The notes under the pieces are model-generated. The model searched no databases, had not been told where the DNA came from, and saw only the letters and a list, made by a program, of their open reading frames with translations. 64,000 nucleotides of DNA from an uncultured bacterium. Lineage in GTDB: Bacteria; Acidobacteriota; HRBIN11; JAKEFK01. Location: contig CAVZQN010000004.1 in NCBI GenBank assembly GCA_963777505.1, positions 576,001 through 640,000 of the forward strand. Direction: 5' to 3'. Both the position numbers and the translations under genes were made by a program. Positions within the stretch are counted from its first letter, which is position 1. Each line of letters opens with the position of its first letter. Positions 10,090 through 19,199 of this stretch are shown here, in pieces.

Positions 10090-11235
10090 ATGATGCATCC
10101 ACCCCGCGGAAAAAAGATTTTTTTCGTGACTGTAACTTTGATCTTAGGAATTCTTGCAGGCTTTGGAATCGGCGAAATAATTTTACGATTTGCGGGGCCT
10201 CCCTGGTTAAAATCGTATATGCGTAGAACCAATCTCGAAGGAGTTCTCGCATATGGTTCTGATTCCGGATGGCCAATTGAAACGAAAAATGGAAAATTCA
10301 CTCAATTCAAACCTTCGCAAGAATTTCCTGTTGATTATTACGAATACAAGACTGTCATTCATACAGATCGCCTGGGTGGCCGCGTAGTTCCAGTCTCAGA
10401 AAAAAAACATGGAATTCTTTTACCCGTCCTTGGCGACTCTTTTGCTTTTGGTCTTGGCGTAAATGATGAAGAGACTTTCATTAACTTGCTAAAGCCAAAA
10501 TCAGGCTATGTTTTGATCAATCTTGGCGTACCCGGAAGCTGTCTTCCAAATCATCTCGATATTGTCGAAGACCGGCACAAAGTACTCGGATCACCCTCGC
10601 TATATCTCTTTGTTTTTTTTCTCGGAAATGACTTTATAGACATGATGAAGTATTATGAAAACCTTGAACATCATGGTGAGGGGGATGAGGAAAGAAATAG
10701 TCTGATCCAGCGTTCCTATGTCGCACAATTCATCACACATTTGATTTCAAAAGATTCGGAAGATCAAAAGGGGAAGGGTCGTAAAACTCGAATGTTTCGT
10801 ACACCTGGCGGGCAGCGTCTTGGAAGTTCGATTTACCTTTTGATGAGCGGCAGTCGAACCTACCGGACCGAAGCTTCAAAAGTTCTGGAACGTACATTGG
10901 ACCGCCTTGATACGTTGTCGAAAAAATTGCAATTTCAATCTGTATTCATCGTAATTCCAGAGAAACATCAAACAGAGTTGGGCCGGTTTGAAAAGCAGGC
11001 GGCGACTTATAAACTTGCACCAACAGAACTAGATCGACACCTGCCAAATCGCATTCTTGAAGGCAGCCTGGACAAACATTCAATTCCATATGTTGATGTC
11101 ACAACATGTCTTGAAGGCCAGAGCGGCATGTATTACAAGATTGATGACCATTTTACTGCAGCCGGAAATCAAACCGTAGCCAGGTGCATCAATCAAGATT
11201 CAAAATGGGAAAAAGTTGGGATCAGCAATCCATGA
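10090..11235 (+). CDS. Membrane-anchored SGNH/GDSL hydrolase-family protein
   Basis: LGDSFAFG, NLGVPG, GND and DDHFTAAGN blocks; N-terminal TM with EIILR. Confidence 0.85.
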   Translation: MMHPPRGKKIFFVTVTLILGILAGFGIGEIILRFAGPPWLKSYMRRTNLEGVLAYGSDSGWPIETKNGKFTQFKPSQEFPVDYYEYKTVIHTDRLGGRVVPVSEKKHGILLPVLGDSFAFGLGVNDEETFINLLKPKSGYVLINLGVPGSCLPNHLDIVEDRHKVLGSPSLYLFVFFLGNDFIDMMKYYENLEHHGEGDEERNSLIQRSYVAQFITHLISKDSEDQKGKGRKTRMFRTPGGQRLGSSIYLLMSGSRTYRTEASKVLERTLDRLDTLSKKLQFQSVFIVIPEKHQTELGRFEKQAATYKLAPTELDRHLPNRILEGSLDKHSIPYVDVTTCLEGQSGMYYKIDDHFTAAGNQTVARCINQDSKWEKVGISNP

Positions 11236-11453
11236 AAAAACTTTGGGAACATTGGAAGCGAATCGCTAAAAAGATTGGAAATTTTAATGCACGCGTTCTC
11301 ATGACGATTTTTTATTTTCTATTCTTTAGTTGGCTTTCAATTCCTGTAAAAGTAAAAGATCCGCTTACGATTCGGGGAAAAGGGAAAGCGGGCTGGACTC
11401 CCAGACCTACCGAAGAAGGCACGCCCATGGAACAAGCCGTCAGGCAGTTCTGA
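11232..11453 (+). CDS. SxtJ-like small membrane protein
   Basis: W..IA..IG.FNARVL.TIFYF...KDPL pattern with C-terminal RQF; ATGA overlap with the upstream gene; adjacent to the carbamoyltransferase. Confidence 0.75.
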   Translation: MKKLWEHWKRIAKKIGNFNARVLMTIFYFLFFSWLSIPVKVKDPLTIRGKGKAGWTPRPTEEGTPMEQAVRQF

Positions 11454-11455
11454 TC

Positions 11456-13237
11456 ATGAATATCCTTGGAATTTCTTGCTACTTCCATGATGCTGCTGCC
11501 GCGTTAATTCAAGACGGTCATGTGATTGCCGCAGCAGAAGAGGAACGGTTTACCCGAAAAAAACATGATTATGAATTTCCCATTCAAGCCATCCGATTTT
11601 GTCTGAAAAATTCCGGAATCGAAGCAGACGATCTTGATTATGTCGCCTTCTTTGAAAAGCCTTTCGTAAAATTCGAACGTCTTTTGCTTACTTGTCTGCA
11701 GACATTTCCAAAATCATATGCAGTATTCCGCGAAGCCATGGTGACCTGGCTTGCTGACAAATTATGGGTCAAGCATTTAATTCAAAAAGAACTGGGTGTA
11801 CCTGAATCTAAAATCCTTTTTGGTGAGCATCATTTATCCCATGCAGCCAGCGCCTTCTATTGTTCACCCTATGATAAGGCGGCGATTCTGACTGTGGATG
11901 GTGTCGGTGAATGGACGACTGCCAGCATTGGCATTGGATCAGGAACAACGCTCCGGCTTCTCAAAGAAATCAGGTTCCCACATTCCCTTGGTTTGCTTTA
12001 CAGCGCGTTTACGGCTTTTCTTGGCTTTGAAGTGAATGAAGGCGAATACAAAGTTATGGGAATGGCGCCATTCGGTGTGCCGCGGTATGTGGATAAAGTT
12101 CATAAGTTGATTCACTTGAACAGTGATGGCAGTTTTGAACTGAATATGGAATATTTTTCATTCCACTATTCGCGAAAAGATACATTCAATAAAAAATTCG
12201 TTGATCTTTTCGGAAAACCGAGAGATCCCAAGAGTCATTTCTTCACAACATCAACAGGTTATCCATCATACTTTGGAGAAAAGCCACAGGATTTTGAAGC
12301 GCTTGGAAAAGAAAATCAACATTATGCAGATATTGCCGCAAGCATCCAGGCCGTAATTGAAGAAGCATTAATCAAATTAGCAAATGCAGCCTTTCAAGAA
12401 ACAGGTGAAACGAAACTGTGTATGGCAGGAGGAGTTGCATTAAACAGCGTTGCAAATGCAAAGATCCTGAAGGAAACGCCATTTGATGAAATATATATAC
12501 AGCCTGCAGCGGGTGATGGTGGTTGTGCAATCGGTGCGGCATTGTACGCGTACCATCACGTTCTGGGAAAGCCTCGCGGCTACATCATGGAACACGCTTA
12601 CTATGGTCAGGAATATGCAAATGGAGCCATTTCATCTTTCTTGAATGAAAATGGAATTCCAAACGAACGCTATGAAGATGAGGATAAATTAATTTCACGT
12701 GTCGTAGATGAAATTCAGAATGGAAAGGTAATTGGTTGGTTCCAGGGAAAATTTGAATGGGGTCCTAGAGCGCTTGGAAATCGAAGCATTCTTGCGGACC
12801 CGCGAAGGACCGATATGAAAGATCTTGTGAACGTAAAAATAAAATTTCGTGAGCCTTTCCGTCCGTTCGCACCATCAGTTCCTGCAGAAGATGCGTCTAA
12901 ATATTTCGACCTGCCGTCGGCTGAAACGCACTATCCAGCGAGATTCATGCTCTATGTCGTGGATGTCCTTCCAGAAAAACAATCAGTCCTGCCGGCGATT
13001 ACTCATGTAGATGGAACAGGCAGGCTGCAGACTGTGAGGAAGGAGTATAACCCCAAGTATCACAAGCTGATACAAACATTTGGGGAGGCAACTGGCGTTC
13101 CGGTAGTTCTAAATACCTCGTTTAATCTAAAAGGTGAGCCTATAGTAAATACACCGGCGGAAGCCTTCCAGACATTCAGCCGAAGTGGAATGGATTACTT
13201 AGTATTGGGTCAGTATATAATTAAGAAAATCGAATGA
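11456..13237 (+). CDS. NodU/CmcH-family O-carbamoyltransferase
   Basis: ILGISCYFHDAAAAL, EEERFTRKKH, HHLSHAASAF, DGVGE, GEYKVMGMA, GGVALN, EWGPRALGNRSILADP, NTSFN. The start is the ATG at 11456 (MNILG). Confidence 0.95.
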   Translation: MNILGISCYFHDAAAALIQDGHVIAAAEEERFTRKKHDYEFPIQAIRFCLKNSGIEADDLDYVAFFEKPFVKFERLLLTCLQTFPKSYAVFREAMVTWLADKLWVKHLIQKELGVPESKILFGEHHLSHAASAFYCSPYDKAAILTVDGVGEWTTASIGIGSGTTLRLLKEIRFPHSLGLLYSAFTAFLGFEVNEGEYKVMGMAPFGVPRYVDKVHKLIHLNSDGSFELNMEYFSFHYSRKDTFNKKFVDLFGKPRDPKSHFFTTSTGYPSYFGEKPQDFEALGKENQHYADIAASIQAVIEEALIKLANAAFQETGETKLCMAGGVALNSVANAKILKETPFDEIYIQPAAGDGGCAIGAALYAYHHVLGKPRGYIMEHAYYGQEYANGAISSFLNENGIPNERYEDEDKLISRVVDEIQNGKVIGWFQGKFEWGPRALGNRSILADPRRTDMKDLVNVKIKFREPFRPFAPSVPAEDASKYFDLPSAETHYPARFMLYVVDVLPEKQSVLPAITHVDGTGRLQTVRKEYNPKYHKLIQTFGEATGVPVVLNTSFNLKGEPIVNTPAEAFQTFSRSGMDYLVLGQYIIKKIE

Positions 13238-13238
13238 T

Positions 13239-13418
13239 ATGAAACTAAAACAAAGTCTTGCAGTGCGTTTTGGAATTCTTGGGGAACTTTTGTCATTCTT
13301 TTGGAATCACAAATGGTGGTGGCTTACCCCGATGATTCTTGTTCTTTTGGTGCTGGGCTTGTTTATGGTTTTTGCTTCAAGTTCTCCGATTGCACCATTT
13401 ATTTATACGCTATTCTGA
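13239..13418 (+). CDS. SxtK/DUF5989-like small membrane protein (59 aa, absent from the ORF track)
   Basis: Translated by hand: MKLKQSLAVRFGILGELLSFFWNHKWWWLTPMILVLLVLGLFMVFASSSPIAPFIYTLF; K-W-W-(W)-L-x-P and APFIYTLF signature. Confidence 0.88.
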   Translation: MKLKQSLAVRFGILGELLSFFWNHKWWWLTPMILVLLVLGLFMVFASSSPIAPFIYTLF

Positions 13419-13494
13419 TAAATTAGTGCGCGAGCTAAGCGTCAGACAAGTCTTCGCATGATGCCGTATAAGGCGGCATGCGAATGGACGGTGC

Positions 13495-15633
13495 ATGGCG
13501 CGTTTAAAAATAGGGGTAGTTGCAGCAATCGCAATCGGTGTAGTCGTTGCGCCACTATTCCTTTCAGCCTTCATTCTAAGAAAAACTGCCGATCTTCATG
13601 GCGTTACTGTCACATCCGGACAGAGCAGCTGGAAATTTGAAGATTTAAACTCCGCTCTGACTTTTGCGGCTTCGCACGATGTAATCACAAATGCACGCAT
13701 TGCTGCATACGTGATGCTATCTGAAAATCCAAAACGTTTGTTTGTGCTTCGAGGTGTTGGTAAGTGCAAGTTCTTCATCGATCGTCATATGGTGATGAAC
13801 AAAATCACCCTGACTAGAACGTCGCAGGTTGTTTCGATTTCTTCCGGTTTACACGAGCTCAGCTTTGCTTACAGAAGAAATGAAAAAAGTGGTCCATTGG
13901 AGTTGTTCGAAAGTACTAATTTCGTTACTGCACATGTCTTTGATCGCCACAAATGCTATTTGGATTCTGTTAATGAGCAAACGATACGCGGCGAAAAAAC
14001 TGGCATTTTGTTACGCCAGATCGGAAGATTCAATGCTTTGATCATTCCACTTTTATTGATCGCAATCTCGGCGCTTCCTCTTAATAAAATCAGGACGCAT
14101 TTGTCCGAACGAAGGAACATGGTCGTCTTGTTGATTCTTGTTTCGCTGGCAGCACTCCGTTTTTATGGATTTAGTTATCAAATGCCTGAAGGGGTACATC
14201 CGGATGAGCGGATGATTGAAGGAATGGTGCGTGATGTCCATACGTATGGATTAGATCCACAACAATTCTGGTATACAACCGGCTTTATCTACGTAACAGC
14301 GGCTCTGGGTGAGCTATTCAGGTGGGTTATGGGTTATGGCCCGATGGAACATTCCATGCAAAGGCTTGTCAGTTGTCTTGCGTCAGCTTTTTCTTGTTTG
14401 TTCGTTTATTTGATTGCACTTCGGTTTTTCAATCGCCAGATTGCAACGATTTCAATGGTTGTATTTGGAATGCTTTTCATGCCTGTTTATCTTGCACATT
14501 TTGGAATTATCGAACCCTTCATGGTGCTTCTTTTTCTTGCGGCGTTTTATACGACACTTCAAGTGCATGATTCTCCTTCGTTTCTTTCGTTCGCAAAAGC
14601 TGGATTGCTTGCAGGGCTGGCGGTAGCAACTAAGCAAACCGCAGCATTGATCGTCGTACCTTTTGTAATCGTTTGGATTCATCTGGCTGCCACAAAAAAA
14701 ATTCAGCAAAACGGAATCAAGCAATTGGCGGTTTATGGAGTCGCTTTTGCTGCAGGAATTTTTATTCTTGCTCCATACGCAATTTTAGATTTTTCTAGAT
14801 TCATGGAATTTCAGAGCCGGCAAATGGAAAATCTAAGCGGCCTTTCAAGAAAGCGATTGTACTTTGCTGGTAATGAATCTTTCGCAAGTTATGGAATATT
14901 GCTTGACAACGTACTTGATGGTGTAGGGTTCCCAATTTTGCTTGCGAGTATAGTGGGTTTGTTTCTGGCTTTTAAGAAAGCGAAGTTTGCTGGTGTGTTA
15001 ATCGGCAGCGTAGTCCTAGCCTATATCATCGTATCAGGAAGTATCGCAACGATGCCTTATCATTACGCTTTGCTGCTTTGTCCGTTCATAGCAATTCTTG
15101 CATCGTTTGCAATATCGTTCATGAGCCGATGGAAATTCTTTTCAGGTTGGCGTATCGTTTTGCCGATGTTTCTGCTCCTTGCCATTCCGGCGTATCACAT
15201 TTTTAGTTTAGAAAGAGCACTGAGCGGAATTGATACACGAAGACAGGCAGAAGATTGGTGCTATCAGAATTTACCTGGCAGTTCGAGAATCGATTTCGAA
15301 ACATTTGGACCACGATTTTTAATACCTAGCTTTGAATCACTTGCAGTTCCGATGTTTACAAGACAAAGATGGCAGAGACATATTCACTTTCGAAACCCGC
15401 AATACTACATCGAAGATTCAATTACTTCTGAAACCTTCTTAAATGGAGGTCCGGAAAAATTCCCACGTCAAAATGAATGGCTCAAATGGATTCATCAAAA
15501 TGGTGTGAAGGTGGCACAATTTAATTCAATCTCGCTCGGAATTCTAAATCCAACGATCACCGTTTACCGCATTCCCCTGGAAAAATCCTCCCAGGTCGAA
15601 GAAAAGAATAAGAACCTCGTCTCAATACCTTAG
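13495..15633 (+). CDS. GT-C fold (ArnT/PMT-like, family 39/83) membrane glycosyltransferase with N-terminal soluble domain
   Basis: HPDE motif after TM1, GLAVATKQTA, many TM helices, DTRRQAEDW C-terminal domain; beta-rich N-terminal region (possibly PA14-like). Confidence 0.8.
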   Translation: MARLKIGVVAAIAIGVVVAPLFLSAFILRKTADLHGVTVTSGQSSWKFEDLNSALTFAASHDVITNARIAAYVMLSENPKRLFVLRGVGKCKFFIDRHMVMNKITLTRTSQVVSISSGLHELSFAYRRNEKSGPLELFESTNFVTAHVFDRHKCYLDSVNEQTIRGEKTGILLRQIGRFNALIIPLLLIAISALPLNKIRTHLSERRNMVVLLILVSLAALRFYGFSYQMPEGVHPDERMIEGMVRDVHTYGLDPQQFWYTTGFIYVTAALGELFRWVMGYGPMEHSMQRLVSCLASAFSCLFVYLIALRFFNRQIATISMVVFGMLFMPVYLAHFGIIEPFMVLLFLAAFYTTLQVHDSPSFLSFAKAGLLAGLAVATKQTAALIVVPFVIVWIHLAATKKIQQNGIKQLAVYGVAFAAGIFILAPYAILDFSRFMEFQSRQMENLSGLSRKRLYFAGNESFASYGILLDNVLDGVGFPILLASIVGLFLAFKKAKFAGVLIGSVVLAYIIVSGSIATMPYHYALLLCPFIAILASFAISFMSRWKFFSGWRIVLPMFLLLAIPAYHIFSLERALSGIDTRRQAEDWCYQNLPGSSRIDFETFGPRFLIPSFESLAVPMFTRQRWQRHIHFRNPQYYIEDSITSETFLNGGPEKFPRQNEWLKWIHQNGVKVAQFNSISLGILNPTITVYRIPLEKSSQVEEKNKNLVSIP

Positions 15634-15665
15634 TCCCTCTCTGAGCCTCTGCGGTTAATCCTAAA

Positions 15666-17402
15666 ATGCCGGCAGATGCTACAATAGAATCACTTTCTGC
15701 AAAAGGAAGGGGGTATGGGGACTTGGAAGATTCATTTGTAGGAAAACAAATTCGTGAATACGAAATTCTGAGTGTTATCGGTAAAGGGGGAATGGGCGCG
15801 GTTTACCGGGCAAGACATATATATCTTGATGAAGAACGCGCAATTAAAGTAATTCGCCCCCAATTTTCAGCAAGCCGTGATTATCTCGACCGTTTTATTC
15901 GCGAAGCCAGAATCTTAACGCGAATGCGTCACCCCAATCTTGTGTTGCTTTATGAATTCGGAACACTTGAGAAAAATATTTTCTTCATGGTCCTTGAACT
16001 AATCAATGGTGAGAGTGTTCTCGCAAGAATCAAACGCAATGGCCGAATTCCAATTGACGAAACCGTTCGGATTATTCGAGCAGCTGCTCTCGGCCTTCAT
16101 GCGGCACATCAGCAAGGAATTATTCATCGCGACATTTCACCAGACAATCTGTTGATTGTTAAACAGGAAGGAACCGATCGAGAACTCACAAAAGTCATTG
16201 ACTTCGGGATTGCAAAACCCCAAATGGAAGGCGCTTTTACACGATCGAACCTTTATATTGGCAAACCCGAATATGGAAGTCCTGAAAGAATCGGAGTCGA
16301 AGGCGTCTCCGTCGATCATAGAGCTGATGTCTATTCGCTAGGCGTCACAATGTATTTCATGGTCACAGGTGTTTTGCCATTTCAGGGAAAGACACCATGG
16401 GAAATTATGTCGAAACATCTTGCAGAAATGCCGGCTCCCGTATCATCACACTTCGCTCAGGAGAAGTTTCCGGAAACGCTCAATCGATTTATTTTGAAAG
16501 CAATGGCAAAACTTCCTGCGGACCGACATCCGTCAATGCAGGAATTTGTTGAAGAACTCGATCAGATCATTTCACCCGGAGAAGATCGAAAACAAGATCA
16601 AGACACTTTTCTTGAAGAAACAGGACATGAACTTCGTACACGATTGAATGCGATTATCGGCTATAGCGAAATACTTGAGGAAGATGCAATAGATCAAGGT
16701 CATAACAGCTACATCCGCGATTTGAGAAAAATACATGCTGCAGGAAAACATCTGCTCTGGTTAATTGGTGGATCTGATTCCAATGAAGAAGTAAAAGTTG
16801 TAACGAAAAGTTCCTTTGATAAAGGGAAAGAATTTTATGATCAGATGAAATGGGAAGATGCAATTCATATGTGGAAACAAGCGATGCATCAAAGCAATCC
16901 GGATGCTTCGCTTGAACAATGGATCGCTGCAGCAGAAACGCGCCTCAATTCAGAAAAGCAAATCCGGGAACAATTACACAATCTCTTTGAACGCTGTGAA
17001 AAGTTATTGGAAGGCCAAAAGCTTCTTGAAGCAAAGGCTGTGCTTGAAGATGCAGATCGGAGCTGTTCCGGGAATTACAAAATTGCTGACTTACGAAAAC
17101 AGTTGGATTCACTTCGAAAAAGATTGGATCGCGAGATAGAGAAAGTACTTATAGAGTCGGGTTATAAACAAATTTTGTCACGTCAGCTTGAAAAAACAAT
17201 TTCGCTCATGCAGGAGAATTTACCGGAACTGAAGAAAACGTTGATGATATTTCAACCCAGCTCCAACGCCAATGAAGCGCAAAATTCCGTTGAAAAAACT
17301 GTGTTTATCGAGGGTATTGCTGCAGACGGTAGGAATCCAGACGTCGAGGATAAGCGACTTCAATCGCCCAAAACCTCAAGACGTAAAACGAAGCAAACCT
17401 AG
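15666..17402 (+). CDS. Ser/Thr kinase fused to a HisKA-like H-box segment and helical/TPR-like tail
   Basis: GKGGMGAVY, AIK, HRDISPDN, DFGIAK, GKPEYGSPE; then GHELRTRLNAIIGYSEIL...DLRKIHAAGKHLL; no HATPase boxes. Confidence 0.85.
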   Translation: MPADATIESLSAKGRGYGDLEDSFVGKQIREYEILSVIGKGGMGAVYRARHIYLDEERAIKVIRPQFSASRDYLDRFIREARILTRMRHPNLVLLYEFGTLEKNIFFMVLELINGESVLARIKRNGRIPIDETVRIIRAAALGLHAAHQQGIIHRDISPDNLLIVKQEGTDRELTKVIDFGIAKPQMEGAFTRSNLYIGKPEYGSPERIGVEGVSVDHRADVYSLGVTMYFMVTGVLPFQGKTPWEIMSKHLAEMPAPVSSHFAQEKFPETLNRFILKAMAKLPADRHPSMQEFVEELDQIISPGEDRKQDQDTFLEETGHELRTRLNAIIGYSEILEEDAIDQGHNSYIRDLRKIHAAGKHLLWLIGGSDSNEEVKVVTKSSFDKGKEFYDQMKWEDAIHMWKQAMHQSNPDASLEQWIAAAETRLNSEKQIREQLHNLFERCEKLLEGQKLLEAKAVLEDADRSCSGNYKIADLRKQLDSLRKRLDREIEKVLIESGYKQILSRQLEKTISLMQENLPELKKTLMIFQPSSNANEAQNSVEKTVFIEGIAADGRNPDVEDKRLQSPKTSRRKTKQT

Positions 17403-17411
17403 AACGGGTTA

Positions 17412-17624
17412 TCAGGCGATCCTTAAGTCCTGTTTTCCGCTTTCCCTGAGGGACTTTTGTTCCTCGAGACTTTTAACACGAAAGCTCCACATTAATCGCG
17501 CCGTTTCCTGTTCCCAGCGACGAGAATTTTGAAACGCCTCTTTCGCTTTCATAAGAATATCGGAAAGCTGTTCAGGTGAAAGTACCTGATACCATTCTTT
17601 GGTCCATTCTTTCATTATCATCAT
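17412..17624 (-). CDS. Small hypothetical protein
   Basis: 70-aa ORF with a GGGGAGGA RBS; no family recognised. Confidence 0.5.
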   Translation of the reverse strand: MMIMKEWTKEWYQVLSPEQLSDILMKAKEAFQNSRRWEQETARLMWSFRVKSLEEQKSLRESGKQDLRIA

Positions 17625-17819
17625 CAGTCCTCCCCAGCAAAATACTCTGCTGGCCTACTCTGTCGAACCTGCCTTATTTATCGGTCTATGTTCGGTCAGA
17701 GTTTCTCCCCTCTGCAAAACATTTGGTTTTTTAAACTCCACTAAAAAATATATCCTTTAAAAATTCTTTTCAAGGATAATTTATAAAGCCTGACTTCTCA
17801 GTGAGTTCGGAGCAGGATT

Positions 17820-18638
17820 TTATTTTGCAATATTGATTCTTCTTGAAACGACAGGATGTCCCAGGAAAATTTCCGCCAGTCTATCGAATCCGCGAGTTTG
17901 ATCCGTTGTAAGGAATAGTTGTGAACTATTTCTTGATAATTCACTTTCGATTTCCGGATGGCGTTTAAGATAATCTTTCAAACTGGGAACGACAATGTTT
18001 GCCTGAAGAATAATATTGATTGAGGCAGGAACAACGGCACGAATTGAATCCAGCAGGAGTGGATAATGAGTGCATGCAAGCAGGAGAGTGTCGATATTAT
18101 GTGATTGCATAGCGGTTTCTTTCCAGTACTTCTGCACAAAAAAATTCACACCTTCTCCCGAAAGTTCTCCTGCCTCCACTAACGGAACCAGAAGAGGGCA
18201 GGCTTGTTGAATCAATCGAACATCAGGGAAAAACTTTTGCATTTCAATTTGAAAGCTCATCGATTTTACAGTCCCTTCAGTTCCCCATAGTGCAACTGTT
18301 CGAGTTTTCGAAAAGCGTCCAATTTCTTCAACTGATGGGCGGATAATACCGAGAACGCGACAATCCGGATACGTTTTTGGTAAAAAAAGTTGCTGAATAG
18401 TTCGCAGCGCTTTTGCAGAAGCCGTATTGCAGGCAATAATAATCAACTTGCAGTCTTGCTGAAAAAGAAAATCAACTCCTTCCGTTGTGAATTTCAAAAT
18501 CGCTTCGAAAGACCTGTTCCCGTACGGGGTGCGGGCATTGTCTCCAAGGTAAATGTAATCGTACTGGGGAAGGGACTCGCGAATCTTTCGATAGATTGTC
18601 AGGCCGCCAAATCCTGAGTCGAAAATTCCAATTTTCAT
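17820..18638 (-). CDS. murI: Glutamate racemase
   Basis: IGIFDSGFGGLT, PYG, IACNTAS, LACTHYP. Confidence 0.97.
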   Translation of the reverse strand: MKIGIFDSGFGGLTIYRKIRESLPQYDYIYLGDNARTPYGNRSFEAILKFTTEGVDFLFQQDCKLIIIACNTASAKALRTIQQLFLPKTYPDCRVLGIIRPSVEEIGRFSKTRTVALWGTEGTVKSMSFQIEMQKFFPDVRLIQQACPLLVPLVEAGELSGEGVNFFVQKYWKETAMQSHNIDTLLLACTHYPLLLDSIRAVVPASINIILQANIVVPSLKDYLKRHPEIESELSRNSSQLFLTTDQTRGFDRLAEIFLGHPVVSRRINIAK

Positions 18639-18651
18639 GTCGAGATCTAAT

Positions 18652-19197
18652 TTACCGCAAAGGTCCAGAGTATCTTAATGCTAATCTCTTCACTGTCGTT
18701 GAGTTGCGGAAAGTTGCCGGCATTCCAAAAGTTTTTTCGAGCTTCGCATAGGAAAAAACAGATTCACTCATCTTTTTCCGGCAAAGCCAATAAACTTCAC
18801 GTCCATTTACGTTAAAATCATCAATTCTTGACCGGAATGTCATCAATTTCTTTTTAGATTCTTCTGTTGCGATATCTGCCACAAATCCAATGTATAAAAC
18901 ATTGCCATCAGCGTCCGCATCTTTAAAGCATGTATAAGAAATAATTTTTGTTAGTTCTTCTGGAGTTCGGAGAAAGGTACTTACCTTGTAGCCTAGCGAA
19001 TTTTCCAGATGAGCTTCTATCTTTTTCTCAAGAGCTTTTGTGTTTTTGGACGTCGAATCGAAAATAACATTCCCGCTTGCAATAAAAGTTTCAACATTTG
19101 AAAAGCCCATCGCTTCAAACAGGCTTCGAAGATGGTCCATTTTTACAATGTGACCACCCACGTTGATAGCTCGAAGAAACGCGACATATTTAGGCAT
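18652..19197 (-). CDS. DUF1697 family protein
   Basis: YVAFLRAINVGG, VETFIASGNVIF, ATFRNSTTV. Confidence 0.9.
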   Translation of the reverse strand: MPKYVAFLRAINVGGHIVKMDHLRSLFEAMGFSNVETFIASGNVIFDSTSKNTKALEKKIEAHLENSLGYKVSTFLRTPEELTKIISYTCFKDADADGNVLYIGFVADIATEESKKKLMTFRSRIDDFNVNGREVYWLCRKKMSESVFSYAKLEKTFGMPATFRNSTTVKRLALRYSGPLR

Positions 19198-19199
19198 TG

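Noticed and set aside
11232-13418. Saxitoxin biosynthesis suggested by SxtI/J/K-like genes
   Set aside because: No sxtA, sxtG or other core genes; the trio sits with SGNH and GT-C genes, which points to envelope modification.
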